Positions 45,096-54,896 of a DNA stretch of 55,857 bases are shown piece after piece. The notes under the pieces were generated by a model, which was given only the letters and a program-made list of their open reading frames with translations, had not been told where the DNA came from and did no database searches. The position numbers and the translations under genes were made by a program. The stretch comes from Ignavibacteria bacterium (GTDB lineage: Bacteria; Bacteroidota; Ignavibacteria; Ch128b), in the NCBI GenBank assembly GCA_049699815.1, contig JBNAWO010000003.1, positions 1 to 55,857 on the forward strand, given 5' to 3'. Numbering within the stretch: the stretch's first letter is position 1; every line of letters begins with the position of its first letter.

Positions 45096-47423
45096 TCATT
45101 TCAATAGAACCAACTTTCTGCTCGCAATAAAACTTCCCGCTTTCATTTGATAAATATAAACACCACTGGCCAAATTTAATTTACTTGCGTCAAATTCAAG
45201 TTCATATTTACCAGGGAGCTTTTCGTCATTTACAATCGTTGCAATATTACGTCCAAGTAAATCAAAAATTTTTATAACAACATTTTCTCTTTGACTAACC
45301 TCATATCTAATTTTCGTAATCGGATTAAATGGATTTGGATAATTCTGATAGAGTTGAAAATCCTTTGGAATTAAATTTAAGTTTTCACTTTCAACATCAG
45401 TCACAAATCCACCAATATTGTAAAAAGGTTCATAATATCTTTTCAAAGTATCCCTGACAAATTTTGCTGTATCTCTAAACATTCTATATAGACCCATGCT
45501 CTGAAAACCATTGGGTAATCCGTGAGTATACCAATCAAATATGCACCACCAGGTAACTCCCATCAGATAACCACCGTCACGGTAAGTTCCATCTGGGCGA
45601 ATGACAGAAGCACGGAAGGTAAATGCTCTAAATGTTTCTTTAAAAACTTCGACCTGAGCATTCTGCCCACCAACAGCATTATTTTCACCCGACCAGTAAC
45701 CAAATTCAGTATCTAAAATAGGTTTTTCAGGATAATAGTAATTTGCCATTGTAAGGAATAGCCTTGTTCCATCGTAATAAGTTCCACCGTGAAAGATCCC
45801 GAAATACATTGTCCAGCCAGCTACATCACAAACCTGTTGTGACGGATCATCAGGACCTGGCCTATCTGCAGCTGCAGATTGTGTAATCAATCTACCATCT
45901 GGATAAAGTGATTGAAGTTCCTGTTTTATTCGATTAATGAAAATTCGTCTGTTATCAACATCTTTACATTCATTTGTTGTACTCCACATAATAATTGACG
46001 GTCTGTTATAATCCCTGAATACCATTTCCTTAAACATCTGTTCATGAATATGTCTTACACTATTTTGAATAACCCAAGCAATGGTTAGATCAAACCACCA
46101 AACTGGAATTTCTTCAATAACGACGATGCCGAGTCTATCTGTTAGTAAATATGTGTAAGGATGATTAGGATAATGAGCTGTTCTAAGCATTAAAGCATTT
46201 ACATCTTTTACTTTTAATAAATCAGAATAAATCACATCAAGAGGAACGCTTCTACCATAGATTGGATGATCTTCGTGTCGCGCAACTCCGACAAAGAAAA
46301 CCGGATTTCCATTAAGATAAACTTTATCGAGATGTGCTTTAATTGTCCTCACACCAAATTGAGTATAATATTCATCAATTACTTCTCCATTTTCTCTTAG
46401 AGTAACTTTCATAACATATAAATTTGGAGTTTTTGGGGTCCAGAGTTTTGGATTTTGAATTGTTAAAGTTGTTCTCCAGACTCGAGTAGAATCGCTCTGA
46501 ATTGAAATTGAAGTTTGACTTATGCCTACAAACTGTGCAGGTGAACCGATTATTTCACTTGCTCGTTCACTTGTAATATTCTGCGTATTAATTTCAGCGT
46601 TGAAAATCTCGATTGAAACATCAACATTTTTATTCGCATTTGATTTACTATAAAGTACAACAGTTGTTTGAATATCGCCGCTTGTATTTAACGGGACAAC
46701 ATTTGTCCTTGCAACACTAACGGGATTTGAGAATTCGAGATAAACATCATGAATGATTCCAGTATAATTAAACCAATCACATTGGGTATAAGGGACAATA
46801 TCGTTTCGCGATCCCCACTCGGGATTATCAACACGAACTACTAAAACATTATTTCCACCAAAATTGAGAAAGTTAGAAACATCAAAAGCAAAAGAAGTAT
46901 AACCACCTTCGTGATAACCAATATAATTACCATTTAACCACACATCAGCAACGTAATTAACTGCATAAAAAATTAATTTCACAAACTTACCAGAAAGCGC
47001 AGAATCGATGGTAAAGTTTTTTCGATACCAGACTCCGTTTTGATAATATTCAGGAACTTGTGGGAATGGATTGATTCGATTTTCAACAGAGGGAACGATT
47101 TTATCCGCCCATTGGGAGTCATCAAAATTTGGTAAATGTCTTCCAGCAGCTTCGTTAATTAAATCTTGATAACCAGTTACATCTCTCTTAGTAAGTGTAA
47201 TATTGTCATTTGCATTAAATCTCTGTTTTTTCCAGTTGCCGCCCAGATTAATGATGAAACGATTTTGTTTTTCAAATGATGGCAGAGGCATTCCATTCTG
47301 GAATGGAATTGTTACTCCATCAATTTGTTTTAAGCTGATTGTGGCTTCGAGACTTGCAATTTGAGCAGTAGATATTTTAACGAAGAAAAGTAAACTTAAA
47401 ACAAAGTAAATTTTGTTCTTCAT
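45096..47423 (-). CDS. GH2 family glycoside hydrolase with a T9SS C-terminal domain
   Basis: GH2 blocks are present: VWLNG.YIGYHEGGYT.F, NALMLRTAHYPNHP, the acid/base context WSTTNEC and the nucleophile context TEFGYW. The C-terminus reads FQLYQNYPNPFNPIT. The start is set at ATG 47423 (MKNKIYFVL), preceded by AGGTGGA. Confidence 0.82.
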   Translation of the reverse strand: MKNKIYFVLSLLFFVKISTAQIASLEATISLKQIDGVTIPFQNGMPLPSFEKQNRFIINLGGNWKKQRFNANDNITLTKRDVTGYQDLINEAAGRHLPNFDDSQWADKIVPSVENRINPFPQVPEYYQNGVWYRKNFTIDSALSGKFVKLIFYAVNYVADVWLNGNYIGYHEGGYTSFAFDVSNFLNFGGNNVLVVRVDNPEWGSRNDIVPYTQCDWFNYTGIIHDVYLEFSNPVSVARTNVVPLNTSGDIQTTVVLYSKSNANKNVDVSIEIFNAEINTQNITSERASEIIGSPAQFVGISQTSISIQSDSTRVWRTTLTIQNPKLWTPKTPNLYVMKVTLRENGEVIDEYYTQFGVRTIKAHLDKVYLNGNPVFFVGVARHEDHPIYGRSVPLDVIYSDLLKVKDVNALMLRTAHYPNHPYTYLLTDRLGIVVIEEIPVWWFDLTIAWVIQNSVRHIHEQMFKEMVFRDYNRPSIIMWSTTNECKDVDNRRIFINRIKQELQSLYPDGRLITQSAAADRPGPDDPSQQVCDVAGWTMYFGIFHGGTYYDGTRLFLTMANYYYPEKPILDTEFGYWSGENNAVGGQNAQVEVFKETFRAFTFRASVIRPDGTYRDGGYLMGVTWWCIFDWYTHGLPNGFQSMGLYRMFRDTAKFVRDTLKRYYEPFYNIGGFVTDVESENLNLIPKDFQLYQNYPNPFNPITKIRYEVSQRENVVIKIFDLLGRNIATIVNDEKLPGKYELEFDASKLNLASGVYIYQMKAGSFIASRKLVLLK

Positions 47424-47457
47424 AGAGTCCACCTGATTATTAATGATTTTTTAGAAA

Positions 47458-47473
47458 GTCAAAATTAATACCG
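47458..47473 (-). promoter_or_regulatory. Second copy of the GG.ATTAA..TTGAC element, upstream of GH2
   Basis: The minus strand reads CGGTATTAATTTTGAC. Its 3' end is 35 nt from the ATG at 47423. Confidence 0.3.
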
Positions 47474-47579
47474 GAATAAAAAACGATAATTTTTAAAAAA
47501 ATCTGGATTTTGTAACGAAGTTTTTTTATGCGGTTTATTAAAATGATAGGGTATTTTATCTTTTCGATAAATAAAAAGT

Positions 47580-49037
47580 TTACTTCATCCCAAGCTCTTT
47601 TGCCATTCGATAGAAATTTGATGGTGCAAGTCCAAGTTTCAACGCTGCATCTTTATCCGAATTAGAAATTTCTCTTACAAAGCGAAAATATTTTTCACGG
47701 AAAATTCTTTCAGCGTCTTTTAATGGAATTATATTTTGAGGATTAAACAAAGCTCTTACATCATCTTTATCGTAAGCAAGATTTTGACCGAAGCTAATTG
47801 CATTAATTGCTTCTTCGGGAGTAATTACTTTTCCAGCACGGAAGAGAATTCGTTGAACGACATTTTTTAATTCTCGAACATTGCCAGGCCATTCGTAATT
47901 TAGAAAAATTTTCATTGTCTCTTCTGGAATTTCTGGTTTGTCTTTGCCCATATCAATCGAAAAGTTTGTCAAAAAGTAATCAATCAAAAGTGGGATATCG
48001 GAGATTCTTTTTTTCAGAAGAGGGACTTCAATTGAAAGGACATTTAATCTATAATAAAGATCTTCGCGAAATCTTTTTTCTCTGACTTCCTGTTCAATAT
48101 TTCGATTAGTTGCAGCAATAATCCTGACATTTACTTTTATTGATTCAGTTCTTCCAATTTTTTCAATTTCACCATCCTGAATTACTCTTAAAAGTTTAAC
48201 CTGAGCTGGAAGTGGTAATTCCGTAATTTCATCAAGGAAGATAGTTCCGTGATTTGCTAACTCAAAAAATCCTGGCTTGCGTTTATCGGCTCCAGTGAAA
48301 GCACCTTTCTCATAACCGAACAATTCACTTTCAACGAGATTTTCTGGTATTCCACCGCAGTTAACCACAACAAATTTTTCATATTTTCGATCACTTCGAT
48401 AATGAATATTGTAAGCTACAAGTTCTTTCCCCGTACCAGATGCACCTCTTATTAAAAGATTCAGATTGCTTTTTGCAAGACTTTCAATATCATTTTTAAG
48501 CTGGAGCATTACTGGTGATTCACCAATAATTTTTTTCTGATTTAAAATATCCTCCACATTGCTTTTCATTTTTTGAAGAGCTCGAAGTCTTTCTCGCTCG
48601 AGTATACATTTTTCATATGCATTGAAAATACTAATAATGAAATCAGTTGGCTGATAAATAAAATCTTCAATATCCCCTGGATATTTTGTGCAATACCAGA
48701 AGGCACCTGCTTTCAAAAGTTTATTGGCAAAGTTAAAGTCAGTTACATTGATTGTCATTTTAGTAATTACATTAATCTGAACCGATGGATCAATCTCTTT
48801 AATTTTCTGAATAAGAGCTTCGCCCATCAAACCGCCAGCAATTTGATAATCCATTATTATAACATGAACTTTACCGTTATTCTCTTCCATAAATTCAAGA
48901 GCAGCCTTGCCATTGGAAACAATTTCGATAATTTTGATTTGTTCTGAGAAAGGTTCGATTGTTTTAATCACTCGTCTCACATCAAAATCTTCATCTTCAA
49001 TCAAAAGGACATTAATTTGCTTTTCTGATAACATCAT
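47580..49037 (-). CDS. Sigma-54-dependent response regulator (NtrC family)
   Basis: Receiver domain (LLIEDED...IIMDYQI). AAA+ domain with Walker A GASGTGKE, the sigma-54 contact loop GAFTGA and Walker B FLDEI. C-terminal HTH. Confidence 0.9.
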   Translation of the reverse strand: MMLSEKQINVLLIEDEDFDVRRVIKTIEPFSEQIKIIEIVSNGKAALEFMEENNGKVHVIIMDYQIAGGLMGEALIQKIKEIDPSVQINVITKMTINVTDFNFANKLLKAGAFWYCTKYPGDIEDFIYQPTDFIISIFNAYEKCILERERLRALQKMKSNVEDILNQKKIIGESPVMLQLKNDIESLAKSNLNLLIRGASGTGKELVAYNIHYRSDRKYEKFVVVNCGGIPENLVESELFGYEKGAFTGADKRKPGFFELANHGTIFLDEITELPLPAQVKLLRVIQDGEIEKIGRTESIKVNVRIIAATNRNIEQEVREKRFREDLYYRLNVLSIEVPLLKKRISDIPLLIDYFLTNFSIDMGKDKPEIPEETMKIFLNYEWPGNVRELKNVVQRILFRAGKVITPEEAINAISFGQNLAYDKDDVRALFNPQNIIPLKDAERIFREKYFRFVREISNSDKDAALKLGLAPSNFYRMAKELGMK

Positions 49038-49046
49038 TGCTCTTCC

Positions 49047-50513
49047 TCAATGTTTAATTGTGATTGTAAATCGGCAGCCTTTATCAAGATTTTCGGCGTC
49101 AATTTCCCAGCCGCAACGTTTTGCCATTTCGTAAGCAATATAACAACCATATCCGGAATTATTAATTCCTTTAGTTTTTGTCGTTGTATTTTCGATGAAA
49201 AGTTTTTTTATACCATCTTCATTTACCTCAAGCATCTCACTGGCAATACCTTTACCATTGTCTTCAATTATAAGATAAGACTGATTTTTTTCCTTTTCAT
49301 ACTTTGTTGAAACTTTTATTAAAAGATTACTCTCCCCTCCATGGTCAATGCTGTTTTGAATTAATGGCTCAACAATTTCCCATATCACAAATTCATTGAT
49401 ATTAACAATTGGAAGCTTTTCATCCAGCTCCATTTTTATTTCGTAGGCATCGGACTTGCTGGAAATTCTTTGAAAAATATTATTCACGATGAATTTTAAT
49501 ACTTCATTCAAATCTGTATGAAAGAGCGAACTTCGTATAGTCTGAACAGGTGGTTCATACCATTTCATATCGTAAATCACTCTCGAAATAAAATTTGAGT
49601 ATTTAGTCACTCTATATTTCACTTCTTCAATATTTCCAGTAGATAGAGTTCTAAGATCTTCTTTAATAAATCCCATTATCTTTTCTGCTTTATGATGTGT
49701 GTGATAAATTCTCTTTGTAAAGCTCAGTTCTTTCTCGTAAGTAATCTGTTTCTTGATATTCTTTTCATGTTCTTCAAGAAGAAGTTTTTGAGCTTCGTCT
49801 CTTTCTTTAACCGTGTAAGATGAAATGAAATACATTGCAAGCAAACCAAGCAATATCAAAGATAAATAAATTATGGAAGTTTCATCATAACTGCTTATTA
49901 CCTGATTGCTTATCACACTCAAGTCTGGTGAATTACTCATATAAATTGCACCAATAAACTCACCACGAAGAACAAATGGAACGAATGTGTGAAATGTTTT
50001 CCCGTCTCTTATACTTTTAATTTGTTCATTAAATCTAACATCCGTTTCAATTTGATTGTAGAGATCAACGATTTTGGGATCTACACGAATTCCCTCCTCA
50101 GTATTATTTTTCTCAATCAAAACTTCGTAAAGAGTTTTTCCATCATCAATCAAAATATATTTATTCGATTTTTTAATAAGCAAACCAAGTTTATCAATAT
50201 TATGGGCAAGCTGCTGCTGACTGAAAATTATGTCGAAAGATTGTTCAATTCTTTTTCTTTCTTCAATCGACCGTTTTTTATTGTTATCAACTGACTCTAG
50301 AACAAGTTCAATAGCTGTGGCAGTTAAATTTGCAATCTCTTCCGCAGATTCTTTTAAGTACCAATCTTGTGTTGTGGTAATAAAATCTTTGATTGATGCT
50401 TTGTTGACAAAAGAAACAATTAATTGAAAGGCAAAAAGAACGATAAATAAAACTGTAATGTGCTTAAACTCGAAATGATATTCTTTTATTTTTTCTCGGA
50501 TCTTATTAGACAT
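49047..50513 (-). CDS. Membrane sensor histidine kinase
   Basis: Two TM segments flank an extracytoplasmic region of about 190 aa. HATPase_c blocks are present (QNSIDHG, IEDNGKGI, GYGCYI). The phospho-acceptor region is atypical and His-rich (YHTHHKAEKI). Confidence 0.8.
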   Translation of the reverse strand: MSNKIREKIKEYHFEFKHITVLFIVLFAFQLIVSFVNKASIKDFITTTQDWYLKESAEEIANLTATAIELVLESVDNNKKRSIEERKRIEQSFDIIFSQQQLAHNIDKLGLLIKKSNKYILIDDGKTLYEVLIEKNNTEEGIRVDPKIVDLYNQIETDVRFNEQIKSIRDGKTFHTFVPFVLRGEFIGAIYMSNSPDLSVISNQVISSYDETSIIYLSLILLGLLAMYFISSYTVKERDEAQKLLLEEHEKNIKKQITYEKELSFTKRIYHTHHKAEKIMGFIKEDLRTLSTGNIEEVKYRVTKYSNFISRVIYDMKWYEPPVQTIRSSLFHTDLNEVLKFIVNNIFQRISSKSDAYEIKMELDEKLPIVNINEFVIWEIVEPLIQNSIDHGGESNLLIKVSTKYEKEKNQSYLIIEDNGKGIASEMLEVNEDGIKKLFIENTTTKTKGINNSGYGCYIAYEMAKRCGWEIDAENLDKGCRFTITIKH

Positions 50514-50515
50514 AG

Positions 50516-51841
50516 TTACTTCGTTAGAGCGACATTTTCTTTATATTGACTTAAGATATTCTTAATTGTTTCTTCTGCTGATAAATTTTGCTCTATTGCT
50601 TTACTCAAATTTATTGAGATCAAATCAGAAACCGTTGTGTAGTTTTCGTCAATTGGTCTATGAATCCCTTGATCAAATAATTTTTTGTAAAAAATTAAGT
50701 CGGGATGTTTAGATACAAAATCTGAGTCTTCATACAAAATTTTACAAACTGGTAAATAACCGCCTTCTTCGTAAAGAATTTTTTGAGCTTCTGGACTGAT
50801 TAGAAATTCAATGAATTTGATTACTTCGGGAAATTTCTCAGAATATTTCGATACCATTAAGTTCCAACCGCCAAAAACAGAAACTGGTTTTGATCCATCG
50901 ATGTGTGGAGTTGGAGCTTTTTTAATATTTTTTAAAAGTTCTGGCTTTATGTATTTATTGTCTTTACTTGTGAAACTGGGCCAGCCTCTAACAGCGAAAG
51001 CATCGTTATCAGCAAAGAATTTGTAACTTTCATTTTCTCTGAGATTACTTACCTCCTTTGGAGAGATTTTATACCTGTTTACAAGATCAACTAATGATTG
51101 AACTGCTTTTCTTGTTGCTTCGTTATCCAAATTTAAATTTTGAGCAGTATCTAAAAGTTTTCCTCCAAAGTTATCCAGAGCTTCTATAAATGAACACATC
51201 AAACCTTCATACTTATCTGCTTGAAAGATATAAAAAGGTTTGGTGCTTCGGTTATATTTGTCAAGTTTTTTCTTTAGTTCAAAAAACTTATTCCATGTGA
51301 TCGACTTCTCTAGTTCTTTTTGATATTGCTTATAATCAGGAAGTTTACGCAAAACATCATCTCGATAAAACATCAAAGCTACATCTGTATAAAGTGGAAC
51401 CGCATATAATGTATCGTTCAGGATACAAGTTTTAAGTGTGTGGGGTAATAAAATCTTAATATGATTCGAATCTATTAAACTTGTTAATGGAATAGACCAT
51501 TTCTTAAACCTCGCAACCCAGATTACATCAACTGAATAAATATCTATTCGATTACTCTTGCTTCTTAAGTAACGGGCAAGCAAATCTTTTCTCTCATTCG
51601 TACTGAACTTATCGAATGAAAGATTTACAGTTTCAACCCGAATTTGACCTTTATATTTCTGATTAAAAGCATCAATTAATTTTTTATGAGCACTCGAGAT
51701 GTGATCAACATAGAAAATTACTTTTTCTTTGTTTTTAAAATTATTTCGGTAGGTCCCAGAAGACAAAACAAAAGTAAATAGAAGAAAAATCGTAACTAAG
51801 ATTGTGCTCGTAACTATGTAAAAAAGTTTTTCGATGTTCAT
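50516..51841 (-). CDS. Membrane-anchored extracellular solute-binding protein (ABC family-1 SBP fold), probable sensor partner
   Basis: 441 aa with an N-terminal TM anchor and SBP-type blocks (FGGWNLMVSKYSEKFPEVIKFIEFLISPEAQ). No ABC permease or ATPase genes are in the window. 2-nt gap to the kinase gene. Confidence 0.75.
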   Translation of the reverse strand: MNIEKLFYIVTSTILVTIFLLFTFVLSSGTYRNNFKNKEKVIFYVDHISSAHKKLIDAFNQKYKGQIRVETVNLSFDKFSTNERKDLLARYLRSKSNRIDIYSVDVIWVARFKKWSIPLTSLIDSNHIKILLPHTLKTCILNDTLYAVPLYTDVALMFYRDDVLRKLPDYKQYQKELEKSITWNKFFELKKKLDKYNRSTKPFYIFQADKYEGLMCSFIEALDNFGGKLLDTAQNLNLDNEATRKAVQSLVDLVNRYKISPKEVSNLRENESYKFFADNDAFAVRGWPSFTSKDNKYIKPELLKNIKKAPTPHIDGSKPVSVFGGWNLMVSKYSEKFPEVIKFIEFLISPEAQKILYEEGGYLPVCKILYEDSDFVSKHPDLIFYKKLFDQGIHRPIDENYTTVSDLISINLSKAIEQNLSAEETIKNILSQYKENVALTK

Positions 51842-52012
51842 TCTGTTCTATTTCTATCATTTAATTCAATTTAAATTAGTAAGATTTTATTGAAAAATTA
51901 ATAGAACTTAAAAACACTGATCATAATTTTTAATAATAAATCATTAATTCAGTGATTGAATATTATTAAAGGTTTTAACATTATTGTAAAAGAATTAGAT
52001 ATTAAAAAAATT

Positions 52013-52861
52013 ATGAAAAATATTGACTTGACTAATTTAAAAGCATACAACCCATCTTTTTTTGTCGAGGAAAAAGGTATATACATTTATAATTATGATT
52101 CAATAAAATTAATGGATAAATTAATTGAAGAACACCCAGAAGGTTTATTTGATATGATCTTTGCTGATCCACCTTATTTTTTGTCCAATGGGGGTATTAC
52201 CTGTTATGCAGGTAAAATGGTCAAAGTTGATAAGGGACACTGGGATAAGTCAAAAGGTCTAATCGAAAATCATTCTTTTAATCTTGAATGGCTTTCTCGT
52301 TGTCAAAAATTATTAAATAAAAATGGGACGATATGGGTTACAGGAACATATCATAATATTTATTCAATTGGTTTTGGGATGCAACAATTAGGGATGAAAA
52401 TTTTAAATGATATTTCATGGGAAAAACCAAATCCGCCTCCAAATTTGTCCAGAAGATATTTTACACACTCAACTGAAACCATCATCTGGGCTGCAAAAAA
52501 TAAAAATTCAAAACATTTGTTTAACTACGATCTCATAAGACATTTAAATAATGGAAAGCAAATGAAAACTGTTTGGCAAATTCCTGCGCCTAGTAATGAT
52601 GAAAAGCTTTTTGGTAAGCATCCTACTCAAAAACCTCTGAAATTATTAGAATTAATAATTATAGCAAGCACTAATCAAAATGATTTAATTTTTGACCCCT
52701 TTTTAGGCAGCGGAACTACAGCAGTTGCTGCAATTAAACTTAATCGAAAAGTCATCGGGTGCGAAATTAATCAACAATACTTAGATATTGCTATAAAAAG
52801 AATCGGTGCTGAATTAGTCAAGATAGAACAATTACCAAAATTTATTATGAGTATTTATTAA
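52013..52861 (+). CDS. Beta-class DNA methyltransferase (N6_N4_Mtase family; DPPY motif, probably N6-adenine)
   Basis: DPPY is encoded at 52166..52177, ahead of the C-terminal AdoMet motif DPFLGSGTT. The block WEKPNPPPNLSRRYFTHSTETIIWA resembles CcrM/HinfI/DpnA-type enzymes. The start is placed at ATG 52013. Confidence 0.85.
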   Translation: MKNIDLTNLKAYNPSFFVEEKGIYIYNYDSIKLMDKLIEEHPEGLFDMIFADPPYFLSNGGITCYAGKMVKVDKGHWDKSKGLIENHSFNLEWLSRCQKLLNKNGTIWVTGTYHNIYSIGFGMQQLGMKILNDISWEKPNPPPNLSRRYFTHSTETIIWAAKNKNSKHLFNYDLIRHLNNGKQMKTVWQIPAPSNDEKLFGKHPTQKPLKLLELIIIASTNQNDLIFDPFLGSGTTAVAAIKLNRKVIGCEINQQYLDIAIKRIGAELVKIEQLPKFIMSIY

Positions 52862-53400
52862 TGAGAAAAGGTGGTCATGGCGGAGGTAAAACAATAACAG
52901 GGTTAAGATTTGAAAAGAAATTAGATCTTAAAACATTGTTTCAAAAAATTCCTGGATATTCTGTTCAAAAAGTTAAAAATAAAGCTGGCATAGATGTTTT
53001 ATATGAAGGGAAATTAGTTGCAAGATTTTTTATTAAAAATGATTTTTATTATTTTCTTAATGAAAACAATATTGACTGGAAAGTAATAGTTTCAAAAAAG
53101 CTAATCCCTGATAATGCTCTTTTAGTCATAATTAGAAATACACTTTTTATATTCGAAATAAAATATCAGGAAGTTGCAGGTTCAGTTGATGAAAAATTAC
53201 AGACATGCGATTTTAAAAGAAAACAATTCTCAAAGTTAGTCAAACCACTAAATTTAAAAGTTGAATATGTTTATATTCTAAGTGAATGGTTTAAAAAACC
53301 AAAGTATAAAGATGTATTAGACTATATTGAAAGTATGAATTGCCATTACATATTTGGAGAGGTTCCTCTTTCTTGGCTAGGGTTACCTTTCAAAGAATAA
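52861..53400 (+). CDS. Putative type II restriction endonuclease (PD-ExK-like)
   Basis: 179 aa. Its ATG overlaps the methyltransferase stop (TAATG). Candidate catalytic signature IPD-x14-FEIKYQ. No family was recognised by eye. Confidence 0.55.
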   Translation: MRKGGHGGGKTITGLRFEKKLDLKTLFQKIPGYSVQKVKNKAGIDVLYEGKLVARFFIKNDFYYFLNENNIDWKVIVSKKLIPDNALLVIIRNTLFIFEIKYQEVAGSVDEKLQTCDFKRKQFSKLVKPLNLKVEYVYILSEWFKKPKYKDVLDYIESMNCHYIFGEVPLSWLGLPFKE

Positions 53401-53567
53401 TTGAATAAATATTTTAATTTATTACTTTAATAAATTTAATTATTAAAATAATATTTAAATCATCATCCTATCACTTCAATTTTTAATTTTTTATAAACTA
53501 AATTCATTTTTTACAAGGGCATAATTTTTGACTTATCAGAGCGATAAAAAATTTACAGGAGATAAGT

Positions 53568-54896
53568 ATGTCTTCAGTTTCTGCAAACACAAACACAGTT
53601 AATTTCTCAAATCAAAAAAGTTATTTACCTGAACTTACAATTTTAACATCTCTGTTTTTTATGTGGGGATTTCTAACCTGTCTTAACGATATTTTAATTC
53701 CCCATCTTCAAAATGTTTTTGAATTGAACTACTTTGAATCAATGCTTGTTCAATTCACATTCTTTCTTGCATATTTCATTGTCTCACTTCCATCTGGTTG
53801 GCTTGTTGAAAAGGTCGGTTATAAGAAAGGTATTGTTATTGGTTTGCTTACGGCTGGAATAGGAACTCTAATTTTCTATCCAGCTGCCGCGTTAAGATCT
53901 TATCCTATTTTTCTTTTTGCATTTTTTGTTCTTGCATCGGGAATTACATTACTTCAAGTTGCTGCAAATCCTTATGTAACAATTTTAGGTCCACCAGAAA
54001 CAGCTTCATCGAGATTAAATTTAACTCAAGCTTTCAATTCACTTGGAACAACAGTCGCACCATATTTCGGTTCACTATTAATTTTATCGAATGCAGTCAA
54101 AACAACTGAAGAACTTGCAAAATTATCACCACAAGAACTGGAAGCCTATCGTGCTGCCGAAGCCGCCGCTGTTCAATATCCATATCTTGGGCTTGCGGCT
54201 GTATTGTTCATTATGGCTGCAGTGTTTGCTTTTCTAAAACTTCCACAAATTGAGGCAAGTACTGTTCAATCTTCTGAAAACAATGGAATGAATTATGACG
54301 AGCTTCATAAAAGTGCATGGGGTTATAAACACCTTGTACTCGGTGCAATTGGCATTTTTGTTTATGTAGGTGCAGAAGTTTCAATTGGAAGTTTTCTTGT
54401 TAAATACTTTGTTAATTTAAATCCTGATATGTCAGAAGTGGAAGCTGGAAAGATGGTTTCATTTTACTGGGGTGGTGCAATGGTTGGTAGATTTATTGGA
54501 TCTGCCGTTCAAAGAAAAATTAAACCAGGAACTGTTTTAGGCTTTAATGCAATTATGGCTTCTTTGCTTGTAGTAAATTCTATGTTAAGTGATGGAAAAG
54601 TTGCAATGTGGTCAATTCTTCTTGTTGGACTTTTTAATTCAATTATGTTTCCAACTATTTTCTCACTGGCAATTCGTGGATTAGGTAAACATACTGGACA
54701 GGCTTCTGGAATACTTTGTATGGCAATTGTTGGTGGTGCAATTGTGCCTGTTCTTCAAGGTTTGCTTGCTGACAACATTGGAATTCATCATGCATTTATT
54801 CTTCCTGTTTTATGTTATTGGTATATTGCATATTATGGTTTCAAAGGAAGTGTTCCTTCTTTTGAAAAAGCTGAACTTGCATTAGAGGAAGCCTAA
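53568..54896 (+). CDS. gluP: MFS glucose/galactose (FucP family) transporter
   Basis: 442 aa with 12 TM segments. FucP/GluP-type N-terminus ([19 protein letters not shown]). AGGAG lies 8 nt upstream of the ATG. Confidence 0.85.
   Translation: MSSVSANTNTVNFSNQKSYLPELTILTSLFFMWGFLTCLNDILIPHLQNVFELNYFESMLVQFTFFLAYFIVSLPSGWLVEKVGYKKGIVIGLLTAGIGTLIFYPAAALRSYPIFLFAFFVLASGITLLQVAANPYVTILGPPETASSRLNLTQAFNSLGTTVAPYFGSLLILSNAVKTTEELAKLSPQELEAYRAAEAAAVQYPYLGLAAVLFIMAAVFAFLKLPQIEASTVQSSENNGMNYDELHKSAWGYKHLVLGAIGIFVYVGAEVSIGSFLVKYFVNLNPDMSEVEAGKMVSFYWGGAMVGRFIGSAVQRKIKPGTVLGFNAIMASLLVVNSMLSDGKVAMWSILLVGLFNSIMFPTIFSLAIRGLGKHTGQASGILCMAIVGGAIVPVLQGLLADNIGIHHAFILPVLCYWYIAYYGFKGSVPSFEKAELALEEA

Noticed and set aside
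20387-47423. Recurrent DNA segments encoding YQNYPNPFN..., considered as dispersed repeats or a mobile element
   Set aside because: The similarity is at protein-domain level (T9SS sorting domains at the C-termini of eight different proteins). The nucleotide sequences differ at synonymous positions, and there are no terminal repeats or transposase.
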